Made by a program: the position numbers and the translations under genes. From Planctomycetota bacterium (lineage in GTDB: Bacteria; Planctomycetota; UBA1135; UBA2386), in assembly GCA_046306335.1 (NCBI GenBank), contig JBKDXM010000150.1, forward strand, positions 30,641-94,640: DNA of 64,000 bases, written 5' to 3'. The notes beneath the pieces are model-generated. The model worked only from the letters and a program-made list of their open reading frames with translations, was not told where the DNA came from and searched no databases. Of the stretch, positions 9,268 through 20,323 are shown one piece after another (positions within the stretch are counted from its first letter, which is position 1; each line of letters begins with the position of its first letter).

Positions 9268-10554
9268 ATGCGTCTCCTCGCCCTCGGTCTCGCCGCCGTC
9301 GCCACGCCGCTCGCGGCCCAGTCGGAAGCGTTCTTCGCGCGCATGGACGCGCCGCTGCAGGCGCTGTACCTGCACCTGCATCAGCACCCGGAACTCTCCT
9401 TCAAGGAGGTCCAGACCGCGGCGCGCATGGCGGCCGAACTGCGCGCGCTGGGCCTCGAGGTCACCGAGAACGTCGGCGGCACCGGCGTCGTCGCCGTGCT
9501 GCGTCGCGGCGACGGCCCGGTGGCGCTGCTGCGCGCCGACATGGACGCGTTGCCGGTCGCCGAGGAGACCGGCTTGCCGTACGCCTCCAAGGTGCGCGCC
9601 GAGTCGGCCGACGGCCGCGCCATCGGCGTCATGCACGCGTGCGGCCACGACCTGCACATGACGTGCCTGATCGGCGCCGCGGCGCACTTCGCCGGCGACC
9701 CGGACAGCTGGCGCGGCACGATCGTCTTCCAGCTGCAGCCGGCCGAGGAGCGCGCCGGCGGCATGAAGGCGATGCTCAAGGACGGGCTGCTGACGCGCTT
9801 CCCGCGGCCGGCGTTCGCGATCGCGCTGCACACCGCGCACGACCTGCCCAACGACCAGGTCGGCATCCGTCCGGGCTTCGCCATGGCCAACGTCGACAAC
9901 GTCGACATCACGCTCGTCGGCAAGGGCGGCCACGGCGCCGCGCCGCACCTGACGATCGACCCGGTGACGATGGGGGCGCAGTTGGTGCTCGACCTGCAGA
10001 CGATCGTCGCGCGCGAGATCGACCCGACCGATCCGTGCCTGCTGACGGTCGGCTCGTTCCAGGCCGGCAACAAGCACAACATCACGCCCGACCGGTGCCA
10101 CCTGCAGGCGACGATCCGCAGCTACGCGCCGCACGTGCGCGAGAAGATGATGGCCGCGGTCGTGCGCAAGGCGAACGCCGTGGCGGCGTCGTTCGGCGCG
10201 CCGGCGCCGACGGTGGAGTTCTCCGAGCCGACGCCGGCGCTGCGCAACGACGCGGCGTTGACCGACGTCGTGCGCGCCGGCCTCGTCGCCGCGTTCGGCG
10301 CCGGCAAGGTCGCCGAGGTGCCGCCGGCGATGGTGGCCGAGGACTTCGGACGGCTCGACGGCGAGAAGATCCCGCTGTGCATGTTCCGCGTCGGCACCGT
10401 CGCGCCCGAGCGGCTCGCCAGGATGCAGGCCGCCAACGACGTGCCGGCGCTGCACAGCGCGCGCTTCCATCCCGACCACGAGGTCGCGATCCGCACCGGC
10501 GTGCGCGCGCTGGTCGCCGCGACGCGCGCGGCGGCGGCGGCGCAGGGCAGGTGA
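9268..10554 (+). CDS. M20D family amidohydrolase with signal peptide
   Basis: LHQHPELSF, LRADMDALP, MHACGHD.H, QPAEE, GKGGHGA.PH, AEDF. Confidence 0.92.
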   Translation: MRLLALGLAAVATPLAAQSEAFFARMDAPLQALYLHLHQHPELSFKEVQTAARMAAELRALGLEVTENVGGTGVVAVLRRGDGPVALLRADMDALPVAEETGLPYASKVRAESADGRAIGVMHACGHDLHMTCLIGAAAHFAGDPDSWRGTIVFQLQPAEERAGGMKAMLKDGLLTRFPRPAFAIALHTAHDLPNDQVGIRPGFAMANVDNVDITLVGKGGHGAAPHLTIDPVTMGAQLVLDLQTIVAREIDPTDPCLLTVGSFQAGNKHNITPDRCHLQATIRSYAPHVREKMMAAVVRKANAVAASFGAPAPTVEFSEPTPALRNDAALTDVVRAGLVAAFGAGKVAEVPPAMVAEDFGRLDGEKIPLCMFRVGTVAPERLARMQAANDVPALHSARFHPDHEVAIRTGVRALVAATRAAAAAQGR

Positions 10555-10563
10555 AGCCGGCCG

Positions 10564-11664
10564 CTACGCGCGGAAGTGCTTGCTGAGCTTGAGGCCCTGG
10601 CCCTGGTAGTGCGAGCTGAGGCCGCGGTCGCCGTAGCAGACCTCGGGCAGTTCGAGCGTGCGGAAGAACTCCAGCTTGAAGAACACCTGCGCGTCCTCGA
10701 GCAGGAACGGCACGTCGTGCGGGCGCACTTCGAGCACCGCGCGGGTGCCCTTGTCGCCGCCGAAGCCGTTGTCGAAGAAGCCGGCGTAGTTGGTGCGCAA
10801 CTCGCCGATGCCGACGTCGTAGGCGACCATCTCGGCGGCGAGGTGGCGCGGCACGCGGATGCGCTCCTTGCTGGCGAAGATGTAGAACTCCTCGGGAGCG
10901 ACGATGAGCCGGCCGTTGCGCGGCTCGGGGATGGCGTCGAAGAAGCCATCCGGGTCGTGGCCGTTCTCCAGGGCCATGTCGACGACTCCCGTGTAGCGGC
11001 GCGCGACGTAGCCGACCGGACCGGTCAGGTCGCGGTCGCGCCGGAGCGCGATGCCCATCATCAGGCCGCGGTCGATGCGCAGCTTGTCGACCGGCAGCGG
11101 CACGCCGGCGTCGTCGAACAGCAGGCCGCCGTTCCGGTGCTCGGCGCGCAGGTCGTCGTCGCTCAGCGACGCGTTGCCCTGCGAGAAGCGGATCTGGCAC
11201 AGCGACAGGCCGGCCTTGACCTTGACCGGGAAGCTGCGCGGCACGATCTCCAGGTACAGGGGGCCGGTGTAACCCGGCGGCACGGTCTCGAACCGGCCGC
11301 AGCGGTCGGCGAGCAACCGCGTGAACAGGTCGAGGCGCCCGGTGGACGACTTCGGGTTGGCGCGGACGAGGTACGGCAGCGGCTGCTCGATGCGCTCGAG
11401 CAGCGGCACGATGTAGCAGTGGCCCTTCTCCAGCACGGCGCCGTCGGTGAGGTCGAAGGCGTACAGCTGCATCTCCTCGATGCGGTCGGCGACGCGCACG
11501 TTCTCGGGCAGGAAGCCGGAGCGCACGCGGTAGCCGCGGGTGGCCAGCCGCAGGTCGAGGGAACTCGGCTGGATCTGGGTCGGCGCGATCGCGGGGGTCG
11601 AAGCCAGCGCGCCGCGCGCGATCAGCGCCTTGATCTGCTGGTGGACGAGGATGCCGTCGGTCAC
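10564..11664 (-). CDS. dcd: 2'-deoxycytidine 5'-triphosphate deaminase (long, two-domain type)
   Basis: IQPSSLDLRL, ANPKSSTGRLD.FTR, AGFFDNGFG, AVLEVR, YQGQGLKLSKHF. Confidence 0.9.
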   Translation of the reverse strand: MTDGILVHQQIKALIARGALASTPAIAPTQIQPSSLDLRLATRGYRVRSGFLPENVRVADRIEEMQLYAFDLTDGAVLEKGHCYIVPLLERIEQPLPYLVRANPKSSTGRLDLFTRLLADRCGRFETVPPGYTGPLYLEIVPRSFPVKVKAGLSLCQIRFSQGNASLSDDDLRAEHRNGGLLFDDAGVPLPVDKLRIDRGLMMGIALRRDRDLTGPVGYVARRYTGVVDMALENGHDPDGFFDAIPEPRNGRLIVAPEEFYIFASKERIRVPRHLAAEMVAYDVGIGELRTNYAGFFDNGFGGDKGTRAVLEVRPHDVPFLLEDAQVFFKLEFFRTLELPEVCYGDRGLSSHYQGQGLKLSKHFRA

Positions 11665-11737
11665 GGTTCGAGAGGCTAGGAGGCTGCGTCACGGAAAGCC
11701 ACGCCGCCCGGCGCGCGGCAGCGGCGGCGGCGCGCGG

Positions 11738-12232
11738 TCACAGCGGCCGACTGTAGAACACGTCGCAGCCGTGGTGCCCGGTCGCGCCTTCGGCGGCGGG
11801 CTGCGGCCGGAAGCCGGCGGCGCGGTACAGCCGCTGTGCGGCCTGCATCTGGCGGGTGGTCTCCAGGTAGCAGCGGCGGTAGCCGGCGCTGCGCATCTCG
11901 TCGAGCAGCAGGCCGAGCAGGGCGCGGCCCAGGCCCTGGCCGCGCGCAGGCGGCAGGAAGTACATCTTGCGCAGCTCGCACACGCCGTCGGCCGCCGCCG
12001 TGCCGTGCAACCGCGCGAAGCCCGCGCCCCCGTGCACGGCGCCGTCGCGTTCGACGACGTAGTAGCGCGCCTCGCTGCCCGCGTACGCGGCGCACATGCC
12101 GTCGACCTCGGCGTCGTGGATGGCGAAACCCGGCCCGGCGGCGCCGTGTTCGGTCATCACCGCGCGGATGATCGCCGCCACCGCGGCGTCGTCGGCCGGG
12201 CGGATCGGTCGCAGGAGCCACGGCGTCGTCAC
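11738..12232 (-). CDS. GNAT family N-acetyltransferase
   Basis: ELRKMYFLPPARGQGLG (acetyl-CoA motif), YLET, A..LY..GF. GTG start overlaps the upstream stop (GTGA). Confidence 0.88.
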   Translation of the reverse strand: MTTPWLLRPIRPADDAAVAAIIRAVMTEHGAAGPGFAIHDAEVDGMCAAYAGSEARYYVVERDGAVHGGAGFARLHGTAAADGVCELRKMYFLPPARGQGLGRALLGLLLDEMRSAGYRRCYLETTRQMQAAQRLYRAAGFRPQPAAEGATGHHGCDVFYSRPL

Positions 12233-13215
12233 GGTCCCAGCGTCGCGCGCACGGCGCGCGCCTCCCGCAGCACGCGGTCCCACTGGAACGCGGGGCCGGG
12301 GTCCTGCTTGTTGGTCTGCACGTGGAAGTGGCCGACGACGCCGTCGAAGGCGCGCACCGCCGCTTCGCCGAGCGCGCGGTTCACCACCGTGCCGTCGGGA
12401 TTGCGCGGGGCTTCGAGCCGGATGCGCGGGAAGACCTGGTTGAGGCCCGCGCACAGCCGCGCCAGCGCGGCGTACTGCTGCGGCGTGAAGTCCAGCTGGT
12501 GGTAGACGCTGCCCTGCACCTCGCCGGCGACGATGTCGGGTCGATCGGGGCGCGCGACGAAACCCGGCGTGCGGATGCCCGGCTCCTTCATCCACGCCGG
12601 CGTCTTCATGAACCAGCCCTGGTCGTCCTTGCCGTACCAGCGCGCCATGTCGGCGTTCATCGGCTGCTTCCACGCGCCCGGGTGCGCGATCTCGACGCCG
12701 ATCGAGAAGTCGTTGGCGTAGGTGGCGTGGAAGGCCTTCTCGTGCAGGTCGAGGGTCTGGTAGATCGTGCCGTCGACGTCGAGCAGGAAGTGCACCGACA
12801 GCGTGCGCAGGTCCTGCAGCACCTTGAAGCACTGGCGCGAAGTGCCGGCGACGTCGTAGTGGACGACGAACGTGTGCACGACCTGCCGCAGTTCGTCGAG
12901 CGAAAGCCGGCCGCGGCCGGCGGCGGCGGCGAGCGCGTCGGGCAGGTTGCCGCGCAGCGGCGCGTAGCGCTTCTTGCCGTCCGGCGGCTCGCCGTCGGCG
13001 AAGCGCTTGCCTTCGAGGTAGGCGTCGTAGGCGCCGGGCTCGCGCCAGGTCACGACGCGCGCGCCGATCGGGAAGGCCTGGCCGCAGGCGACGATCGCGT
13101 GTTCGCGCTCGGCCAGGGACGGCCCGCTGACGCAGCGGACCAGCAGCAGGGCCGCGAAGGCAGCGGCTACCGTGGCGGCGCGGCGGCTGGCGGCGGGGGA
13201 CGGGCGCGGTGGCAT
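12229..13215 (-). CDS. N-acetylmuramoyl-L-alanine amidase (Amidase_2/AmpD-like), probably exported or a lipoprotein
   Basis: VVHYD, SVHFLLDVDGTIYQ, AFHA, SIGVEI, FTPQQY, VGHFH, KQDPGPAFQW. Hydrophobic N-terminus ending LLVRC. Confidence 0.88.
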   Translation of the reverse strand: MPPRPSPAASRRAATVAAAFAALLLVRCVSGPSLAEREHAIVACGQAFPIGARVVTWREPGAYDAYLEGKRFADGEPPDGKKRYAPLRGNLPDALAAAAGRGRLSLDELRQVVHTFVVHYDVAGTSRQCFKVLQDLRTLSVHFLLDVDGTIYQTLDLHEKAFHATYANDFSIGVEIAHPGAWKQPMNADMARWYGKDDQGWFMKTPAWMKEPGIRTPGFVARPDRPDIVAGEVQGSVYHQLDFTPQQYAALARLCAGLNQVFPRIRLEAPRNPDGTVVNRALGEAAVRAFDGVVGHFHVQTNKQDPGPAFQWDRVLREARAVRATLGP

Positions 13216-13263
13216 CGGCGTCGCTGGGGGAATGGCCGCGCGCGCGGCGGCCGGCGCCAGACG

Positions 13264-14214
13264 CTACCAGCCGCCGGGTCGGGCGTCACCGTCGGACGGT
13301 TCCGTCCGGTCGCGGCGGCCGGCGGCCGACTTGCGCTCCTTGCGTCGGCCGAGGAGCAGTTGCTGTTCGAGTTGCCGCCGCTGCGCGGCGTAGAAGGCGC
13401 GCAGGAAGTGCTTGGCCGCCGACGCCGGCACCGGCGCGGTCCAGCCGATGCGCTTGCGGATCGACTGCGCGACGGCGTTGATCGTCTCGGCGCCGCCCGG
13501 CAGGCGCGCCTTGCGCAGCACGTCCTCGAGCACCGTCAGCTCCTTCTCGCCGTAGATCTGCAGCTGCGCCGCCGCGAAGACGAACTCCGCCGCCGCCGGG
13601 TCGTCCGTCGTCGTCGCCGTCGGCGCTGCGGCGCGGGCGGCGGGCGTCGCCCGCGCGCTGCCGGCGGCGAGGTCGGTCGCGAGCTTCGCTGGCGGCGCGT
13701 AGACGACGCGGGTGCCGGCGAGCAGGTCGCCGATGCGCAGCCGTCGGCGGTTCGCCAGCGGAAAGAACATCAGGCCGAGCACCCAGACGAAGGCGACGAT
13801 GCGCACGGCGGCGCCGTGGTCGCCAGCCAAGACCTCCGGGGCCGCGACCAACTGCAGCGGCAGGAACAACTCGACTTCGCGCGTCAGGTTGCGGGCCAGC
13901 AGCACTTCGGCGGTCAGCGGACCGCCGTCGGCGCGCACGACGCGAAGGTGCTGCTGGCGCTTGCCGAGCGTCGTGCCGTTGCCGCGGATCTCGCTCCAGA
14001 CGAAGTAGCCGTGCCGGATCAGGAAGAACCAGATCAGCGCCCCGCCGATGCCGACCGTGTACAGCAAGGCGAAGCCGACGCCGGCCATCACCAGCGCCAC
14101 GACCAGTGCGTCGGCGGCGAACGCGAGCAGCCGCTCGCTGGCCGTCGCGGAGCGGAAGTGCAGCTCGATGCCCTCGGGCGTCCGCACGACCTCGCCCGGC
14201 GGCAGGGGGCTCAC
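13264..14214 (-). CDS. RDD family membrane protein
   Basis: TPEGIELHF..A....RLLAFAAD, G.TLGKR...LRVVR.DG, R.GDLLAGT.VV. GTG overlaps the SpoIIM stop. Confidence 0.88.
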   Translation of the reverse strand: MSPLPPGEVVRTPEGIELHFRSATASERLLAFAADALVVALVMAGVGFALLYTVGIGGALIWFFLIRHGYFVWSEIRGNGTTLGKRQQHLRVVRADGGPLTAEVLLARNLTREVELFLPLQLVAAPEVLAGDHGAAVRIVAFVWVLGLMFFPLANRRRLRIGDLLAGTRVVYAPPAKLATDLAAGSARATPAARAAAPTATTTDDPAAAEFVFAAAQLQIYGEKELTVLEDVLRKARLPGGAETINAVAQSIRKRIGWTAPVPASAAKHFLRAFYAAQRRQLEQQLLLGRRKERKSAAGRRDRTEPSDGDARPGGW

Positions 14215-15209
14215 CGCGGCCGCCGGCCCGCGAGGGCGAAGTAGGCGGCCCACAGGCAGCCGAAGACCGTCGCCAGGGCGTAGCGCGACGGCACGTGGGT
14301 CACGATCTGCCGGAACACGCCTTCGACCAGCGCGGCGAGCAGCAGCATCGCGACGCAGCCGGCGACCACCGCGCCCATCCGGCGGCCGGTCGCGCACAGC
14401 GCCTGCACGCGCGTGGCGCGACCTGGGAAGAGCATCGCCTCGGCCATCGCGAGGCCGGCGCCGCCCGCGAAGGTGATGGCGGTCAGCTCGGTGACGCCGT
14501 GCGGCAGGATCCAGCTCCACCATTCGACCGCCAGCCCGCGCGAGTGGAACAACGCCGACATCGCGCCGAGGACCATGCCGTTGTAGACGAGCAGCAGCAC
14601 GACCGGCAGGCCGAAGACGCAGCCGAGTCCGTAGACGAGGATGCTGACCGACGAGTTGTGCGCGAACAGGCGGGCCGCGAAGTCGAGCAGGCGCGGGTCG
14701 TCGCCGCCGGTGAACAGCGTCGCGCGCAGGGCTTCGGTCGTCGCGTCCGGGTCGCGGCCGGACGCCATTTCCCCGCCGAGGAACAGGTGGTAGGCCTCGG
14801 GATCGTCGGCGACCATGGTCCACGCCAGCGCGGCCCCGAGCACGAGCAGCATGGCGGCGGCGAGCGCATGCCACGCGATCGAACGAATCGCCGCCGGGAA
14901 GCCGACCAGCAGGAACTCCTTGGCCACGTCGGACGCGCGCCGCTGCGGCGCATAGACGACGACGTATGCGCGCGCGACGAGCGCTTCGAGCCATGCGAGC
15001 AGGTTGCGATCGAGCACGCTGCTGCGCGCGACGCCGAGCGAGGACGCCGCCGCCCGGTACAGCACGGCCAGCCGGGCGAGGTTCTCGGGCCCGACGCCCC
15101 GGATGCCGTGGCGGTCGCACTTCGCGACCAGTTCCTCCAATTCCCGCCACGACGGCTCCCGTTCGCGGCGGAAGCGCACGGACCAGGGCGTCTGCAGGTC
15201 GTCGGTCAC
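14211..15209 (-). CDS. Stage II sporulation protein M-like (DUF95) membrane protein
   Basis: FRREREPSWRELE, LFAHN, NGMVLG, ILPHGVTEL, AALVEG, with multiple TM helices. Confidence 0.88.
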   Translation of the reverse strand: MTDDLQTPWSVRFRREREPSWRELEELVAKCDRHGIRGVGPENLARLAVLYRAAASSLGVARSSVLDRNLLAWLEALVARAYVVVYAPQRRASDVAKEFLLVGFPAAIRSIAWHALAAAMLLVLGAALAWTMVADDPEAYHLFLGGEMASGRDPDATTEALRATLFTGGDDPRLLDFAARLFAHNSSVSILVYGLGCVFGLPVVLLLVYNGMVLGAMSALFHSRGLAVEWWSWILPHGVTELTAITFAGGAGLAMAEAMLFPGRATRVQALCATGRRMGAVVAGCVAMLLLAALVEGVFRQIVTHVPSRYALATVFGCLWAAYFALAGRRPR

Positions 15210-16506
15210 AGCAACTCCCTCCGCTTGACCTGCAGGTAGCGGTCGATGAGCCCGGCTTCGAGCTCGGCGGTCCCGGCGTCGAGGACCTGGGCGCCGGCCT
15301 GACGGATGCGTTCGAGCACGAGTAGCCGTTCGCGACGGAGTTCGTCGGCGACGACGGCGCGGTGCAGGTCGCGCGGCTCGCCGAGTTCGGCCTCCGCCAG
15401 CCGTTCGGGCAGGGGGTCGCGCATGGCGACGAACAACAGCAGGTGACGGCGCGCCAACCAGGCGACGTTCTGCAGCATCAGCTCGGCGGTGACACTGTCG
15501 GCGAAGTCGGTGAACAGGACGACGAGCGTGCGGCGGCGCAGTTGGCGCAGCAGCTCGGTCATGCCGAGCGTGAAGTTCGTCTCCGTCGGCGCGTACTCGA
15601 TGCCGGTCAGCCGCTCCTGGATGGCCTGCATGGCGTGCACGCCCGCCTGCGGCAGGATCGTCGCCTGTGGCCGGTCGGCGAACGCGAACAGGCCGACGCG
15701 GTCGCCCGTGCGCAGGCAGACGTAGGCGAGCTGCAGCGCGGCGAGGATCGCGTGGTCGAGCCGCGGCACGCCGTCGAGCAGCTCGCCCATGAGCCGGCCG
15801 GAGTCGACGCAGAGCATCACCGGGTGGTCGCGTTCGGCGCGGAACTCGCGACAGAGCACCGCGCGATGGCGGGCGGTCGCCTTCCAATCGATCGAGCGCC
15901 GGTCCATGCCGGCGACGAAGTCGCGCAGGGACTCGAAGTCGCTGCCGTCGCCCAGGTAGCGCTCGGGCTTGAGCCCGGTGGAGAACTCGCGGTTGGCGAT
16001 CATGCGCGCCGTGCGACGGCGGACGGCGGCGACGTCGGCCAGCACGCGCACCTCGACCGGGTCGCGGCGCACGAGGCTGCGGCACAAGAGGCCGAGGGGG
16101 CCCGTCCAGCGCGCGTGCGCCGCGGCCACGGTCAGCACGCCGCGCCGCCGCGGCACGAGCCCGAACGCCGCGGCGGCAGCGGCGCGCGGGGCGCAAGCCA
16201 GGCTCTGCGGCGGCGGCGCGTCGACGTCGCCGTCGACCTCGAGATCGACCTGGACCCGGGTGTGCCGCGGCGCGACGACCTCGACGGTGACGATGGTCGC
16301 GACGCCGGGCGTCGCCGTGGTCGGTGCGCGCACCGACAGGACCACGCGGGCGGGCGTGGTCGCCAGCTCCATCGCCACGGCGAGCCCGAACGCCAGCAGG
16401 AACGCCGGCCACGCCAACCACGCTCCGTCCCAGGCGACGAGCGCAGGCAGGGCCGCCGCCGGCAGCCCGGCCGCGAACGCCAGCAGGCAGCGGAGCGTCG
16501 GTCGCA

Positions 16507-16507
<1 letters not shown>
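15206..16507 (-). CDS. DUF58 domain protein (vWA-like, MoxR-associated)
   Basis: G.GSDFESLRDF..G.D.R.IDWKATAR, D.GRLM, GDRVGLFAF, RRTLVVLFTDF. Confidence 0.9.
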
Positions 16508-17429
<922 letters not shown>

Positions 17430-17457
<28 letters not shown>

Positions 17458-18689
17458 GCGTGCGGTCCTTCGGTGAGCTTTCGGATCTTGCGGGCGGCGG
17501 CGAGCGCTGCCGCGGGGGAAGGTCGTTGGTCTGGCTCGGGCAGCGCGGCGGCGAGCCGTATGCGCTGGTCGGCGGGCAGTCGGGCGAGCACGTGGTCGCG
17601 GCGACGCAGGTCGTCGAGGCCGCGCGGCGCGTGCAGCAGCAGGCTCAGCCGGTGCAGGCGCATGCGCGCGTACCGCCGCAGCGAGTGGCCGGCGCCGCCG
17701 CCGCTGGCGAGCAGCGCCGCGACGGTGTCGATCAGGAACCCCGTTCCGGGAGCGAGCGCCGGGGCGTCGGCGGCCGTCGGGCCCTGGCGGACCGCGGCGA
17801 CGCCGGCGGCGAGCGCCAGCAACAGCAACAGGTGGCAGGTGACCAGCGCGAACGGGTAGCGACCGGCGAGGTGGAAGATGTTCTCGTCCATCAGGTGGCC
17901 GTGCTGCGTCTCGTCCACGACGATCGCGCCGGCGGTGTGCATCCGTCGCACCATGCGCTCGACCAGGTCGGCGTTCGCGCCGCGCAGGATGCCGTGGTTG
18001 GCGATCAGGTCGGGATCGGCGAGCACCCAGAGCCGGCCGCAGCGCGCGAGCAGCGCGCCCGCCGCGCATTCGACGATGGGCTCCCAGTCCGCCGGCAGTC
18101 GGGTCAGCAGCTGTGCTGCCCCGGGGATCGCCGGCGTCGGCCAGTCCGGCGGCACCGACCAGTCCTCGGCGCGCTCGAATCGTCCTACCGTCGGCGCGTC
18201 GAAGCCGATCGCGTCGAGGAAGTCCTCCAGGCGCCGCTGCACCGTCGCGATCGGCTCTTCGTTCACGCGCTCGGCCCACCACGGCTTCTCCCGCGCCGGC
18301 ATGGCGGTCCGCTTGCCGAGTACGAGCAGCGTGCGACCCGCCTGCCGGAAGGCGGCCTCGACGTCACCGTCGGCGCCCCCGAACTGATCGTGTGGTTCGG
18401 CGTAGACCAGCAGGCCGCACGCCGACGACACGCGCCCATGGCGCGACTGCCGCACCGTGGCGCCGACCGTGCGCAGCACTTCGAGGAAGCCGATGTGGCC
18501 GAGCGACGAGCGGCTGTAGCCATCGGCGTCGACGCTGTGGCCGCGGCCGCGGTCGGTCGGCGTCAGCAGCAACCACAGCGACGTCAGCAGCGAGGCGCAG
18601 ACGATGCCGAGCAGCCACACCGTCACGCCCCGATGCGGCGTGCCGCCGCCGGGCGCGCCGCCGCGGTCGGAGTTCAGCGCCGGCGGCAT
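17430..18689 (-). CDS. DUF4350-like membrane-anchored protein
   Basis: N-terminal TM, YSRSSLGH, LADPDLIANHG, VDETQHG, second TM. Occupies the usual position between DUF4129 and MoxR. Confidence 0.7.
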
Positions 18690-19381
18690 GCTGCCTCCCA
18701 GGCGACGAACTGTGACCGCGTGGCGTCGAACATGCTGCGATCGGCGGCTCGGCCGCCGAAGAAGGTCGCTTCCGCCGCCTGCACGACCACCGCCAGTGCC
18801 GTCGCGGCCGGCGTCGCGGCGCGCGCGCGGCGCAGCACCTCGCGCGCCGTGGCGTGCGCCGGCACGACCTCGCCGCGCGCCTGCCATGCGGCGATCGCCC
18901 GCTGCAGCAGCGCGTGCACGGCGGCGGTGTAGTCGCCTGCAGCGGCCAACTGGTCGAAGTCCGGCAGGTCCGCGGTCCGCGCGGTCGGGGCCGGCGCTGG
19001 CGCCGGTTCGCGCGATGGGGGCGCAGCGCGCGGCGCGCGATCGCGCACGGAGCGCGCGATCGCCGCGAGCAACACGACGCCGACCACCGCGACGCCGAGC
19101 CAGAGCAGCGTGGCGCCGAACCACGGCGGCATGCGCAGCGGCGAGACGTCGAGCGGCTTTGGCGACTCGCGGCGTTGCCGCGACGAACCGACCGGCGCCC
19201 GGCCGTGCTCGCCCGTACCCGCGGGCGCCCATGGCTCGTCGGGCAGCGTTGTCTGGCAGTCTTCGCGGTCGAGCGTCCTGCGCACCCGCTCGGCGACGGT
19301 GCCCTGTCCCGCCACGGTGCCCTGTCCCGCCACGGTCGCGGCGAGCAGCAGCACCACGAGGATTGCCCGCAGCAGCGACAT
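18674..19381 (-). CDS. DUF4129 domain protein
   Basis: Signal peptide, TM, AAAGDYTAAVHALL, TAREVL, E.TFFGGR.A motif. Confidence 0.75.
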   Translation of the reverse strand: MSLLRAILVVLLLAATVAGQGTVAGQGTVAERVRRTLDREDCQTTLPDEPWAPAGTGEHGRAPVGSSRQRRESPKPLDVSPLRMPPWFGATLLWLGVAVVGVVLLAAIARSVRDRAPRAAPPSREPAPAPAPTARTADLPDFDQLAAAGDYTAAVHALLQRAIAAWQARGEVVPAHATAREVLRRARAATPAATALAVVVQAAEATFFGGRAADRSMFDATRSQFVAWEAACRRR

Positions 19382-19496
19382 CGGCCGGGCAGGCTAACCG
19401 TGGCCGACGCGCCCGCAAGGCAGGTTCGATGTTGGCGGCGCCGCAGCCGCGGCGTAGCGTCCTATCCCCGTCCAGCACCGAAGCCAAAGGGTCTCC

Positions 19497-20213
19497 ATGT
19501 CGTCCAATGTCCCGTTTCGTCTGCGCATCGGCGAACTCGTCGGCCGCTCCTTCGAGGTCTACCTGGCGAATCTGGCGCCGTTCCTGCTCTTGTCGGCGAT
19601 CGTCTTCGTCCCGGGCATGCTGGTCACGTACGCGGCGCTGTCGTCCGGGGCCGACAACGCCCCGACGCTCGTGCTGGTCGCCGGGATCCTGACGGCTTTG
19701 GCCGGGCAGCTGTTGACCGGCGCGTTGACCTATGCCGTCGTGCAGAAGTTGCGCGGCGAGCCCGCGCCCGTGGCCGAAGTCCTCAGCATCGGCGTGCGCT
19801 CGCTGCTGCGGGTCCTGCTCGTCGGCATCGTCACCGGCGTCTGCATCGGCATCGGCATGATCTTCCTGATCGTGCCGGGCATGATCCTCATGACGTGGTT
19901 CTACGTGGCGGTGCCGGCGGCCGTGGTCGAGCGCATCGGTCTCGACGCCATGGGCCGCAGCCGCACGCTGTCGGAGGGCAGCCGGTGGCAGATCTTCGGC
20001 GCAGTGCTCCTGCTCGTCCTCGCCAGTGCCGGCTTGAACTGGCTCGTTACGCAGATGACGGAGGGAATGGGCATGGCAGGACTCTTGCTGCAGTTCGCCG
20101 TCGAGGTGGCGCTCGGCCCGCTCGGCGCGACCATGGCCGCGACGTGCTACTTCATGCTGCGGGTCGGCAAGGAGAACGTCGACGCCAGCAAGATCGCGGC
20201 CGTGTTCGATTGA
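19497..20213 (+). CDS. Hypothetical multi-pass membrane protein of the type usually linked to DUF4129/MoxR clusters
   Basis: About 6 TM helices, G...LIVPG, VPAAVVER, AMGRS..L..G.RW, Y..LR..KE. High-GC3 codon usage. Confidence 0.75.
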   Translation: MSSNVPFRLRIGELVGRSFEVYLANLAPFLLLSAIVFVPGMLVTYAALSSGADNAPTLVLVAGILTALAGQLLTGALTYAVVQKLRGEPAPVAEVLSIGVRSLLRVLLVGIVTGVCIGIGMIFLIVPGMILMTWFYVAVPAAVVERIGLDAMGRSRTLSEGSRWQIFGAVLLLVLASAGLNWLVTQMTEGMGMAGLLLQFAVEVALGPLGATMAATCYFMLRVGKENVDASKIAAVFD

Positions 20214-20323
20214 GCCGCTGCGCCCGCGAGGCGACCCGGCGCCGCGATCGCCGGGGCGCCACAACGCGGTCCCCATCCACCGCGAGGTCGGCGCCGTCCG
20301 CTCCGCGCGATCGGTCGGCGACC

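Noticed and set aside
19296-19336. 18-bp direct repeat (TVAGQG x2) in the DUF4129 gene, and CAG-rich/QGQPQ repeats at about 53650-53900 and 55620-55735
   Set aside because: These are ordinary in-frame low-complexity linker repeats.
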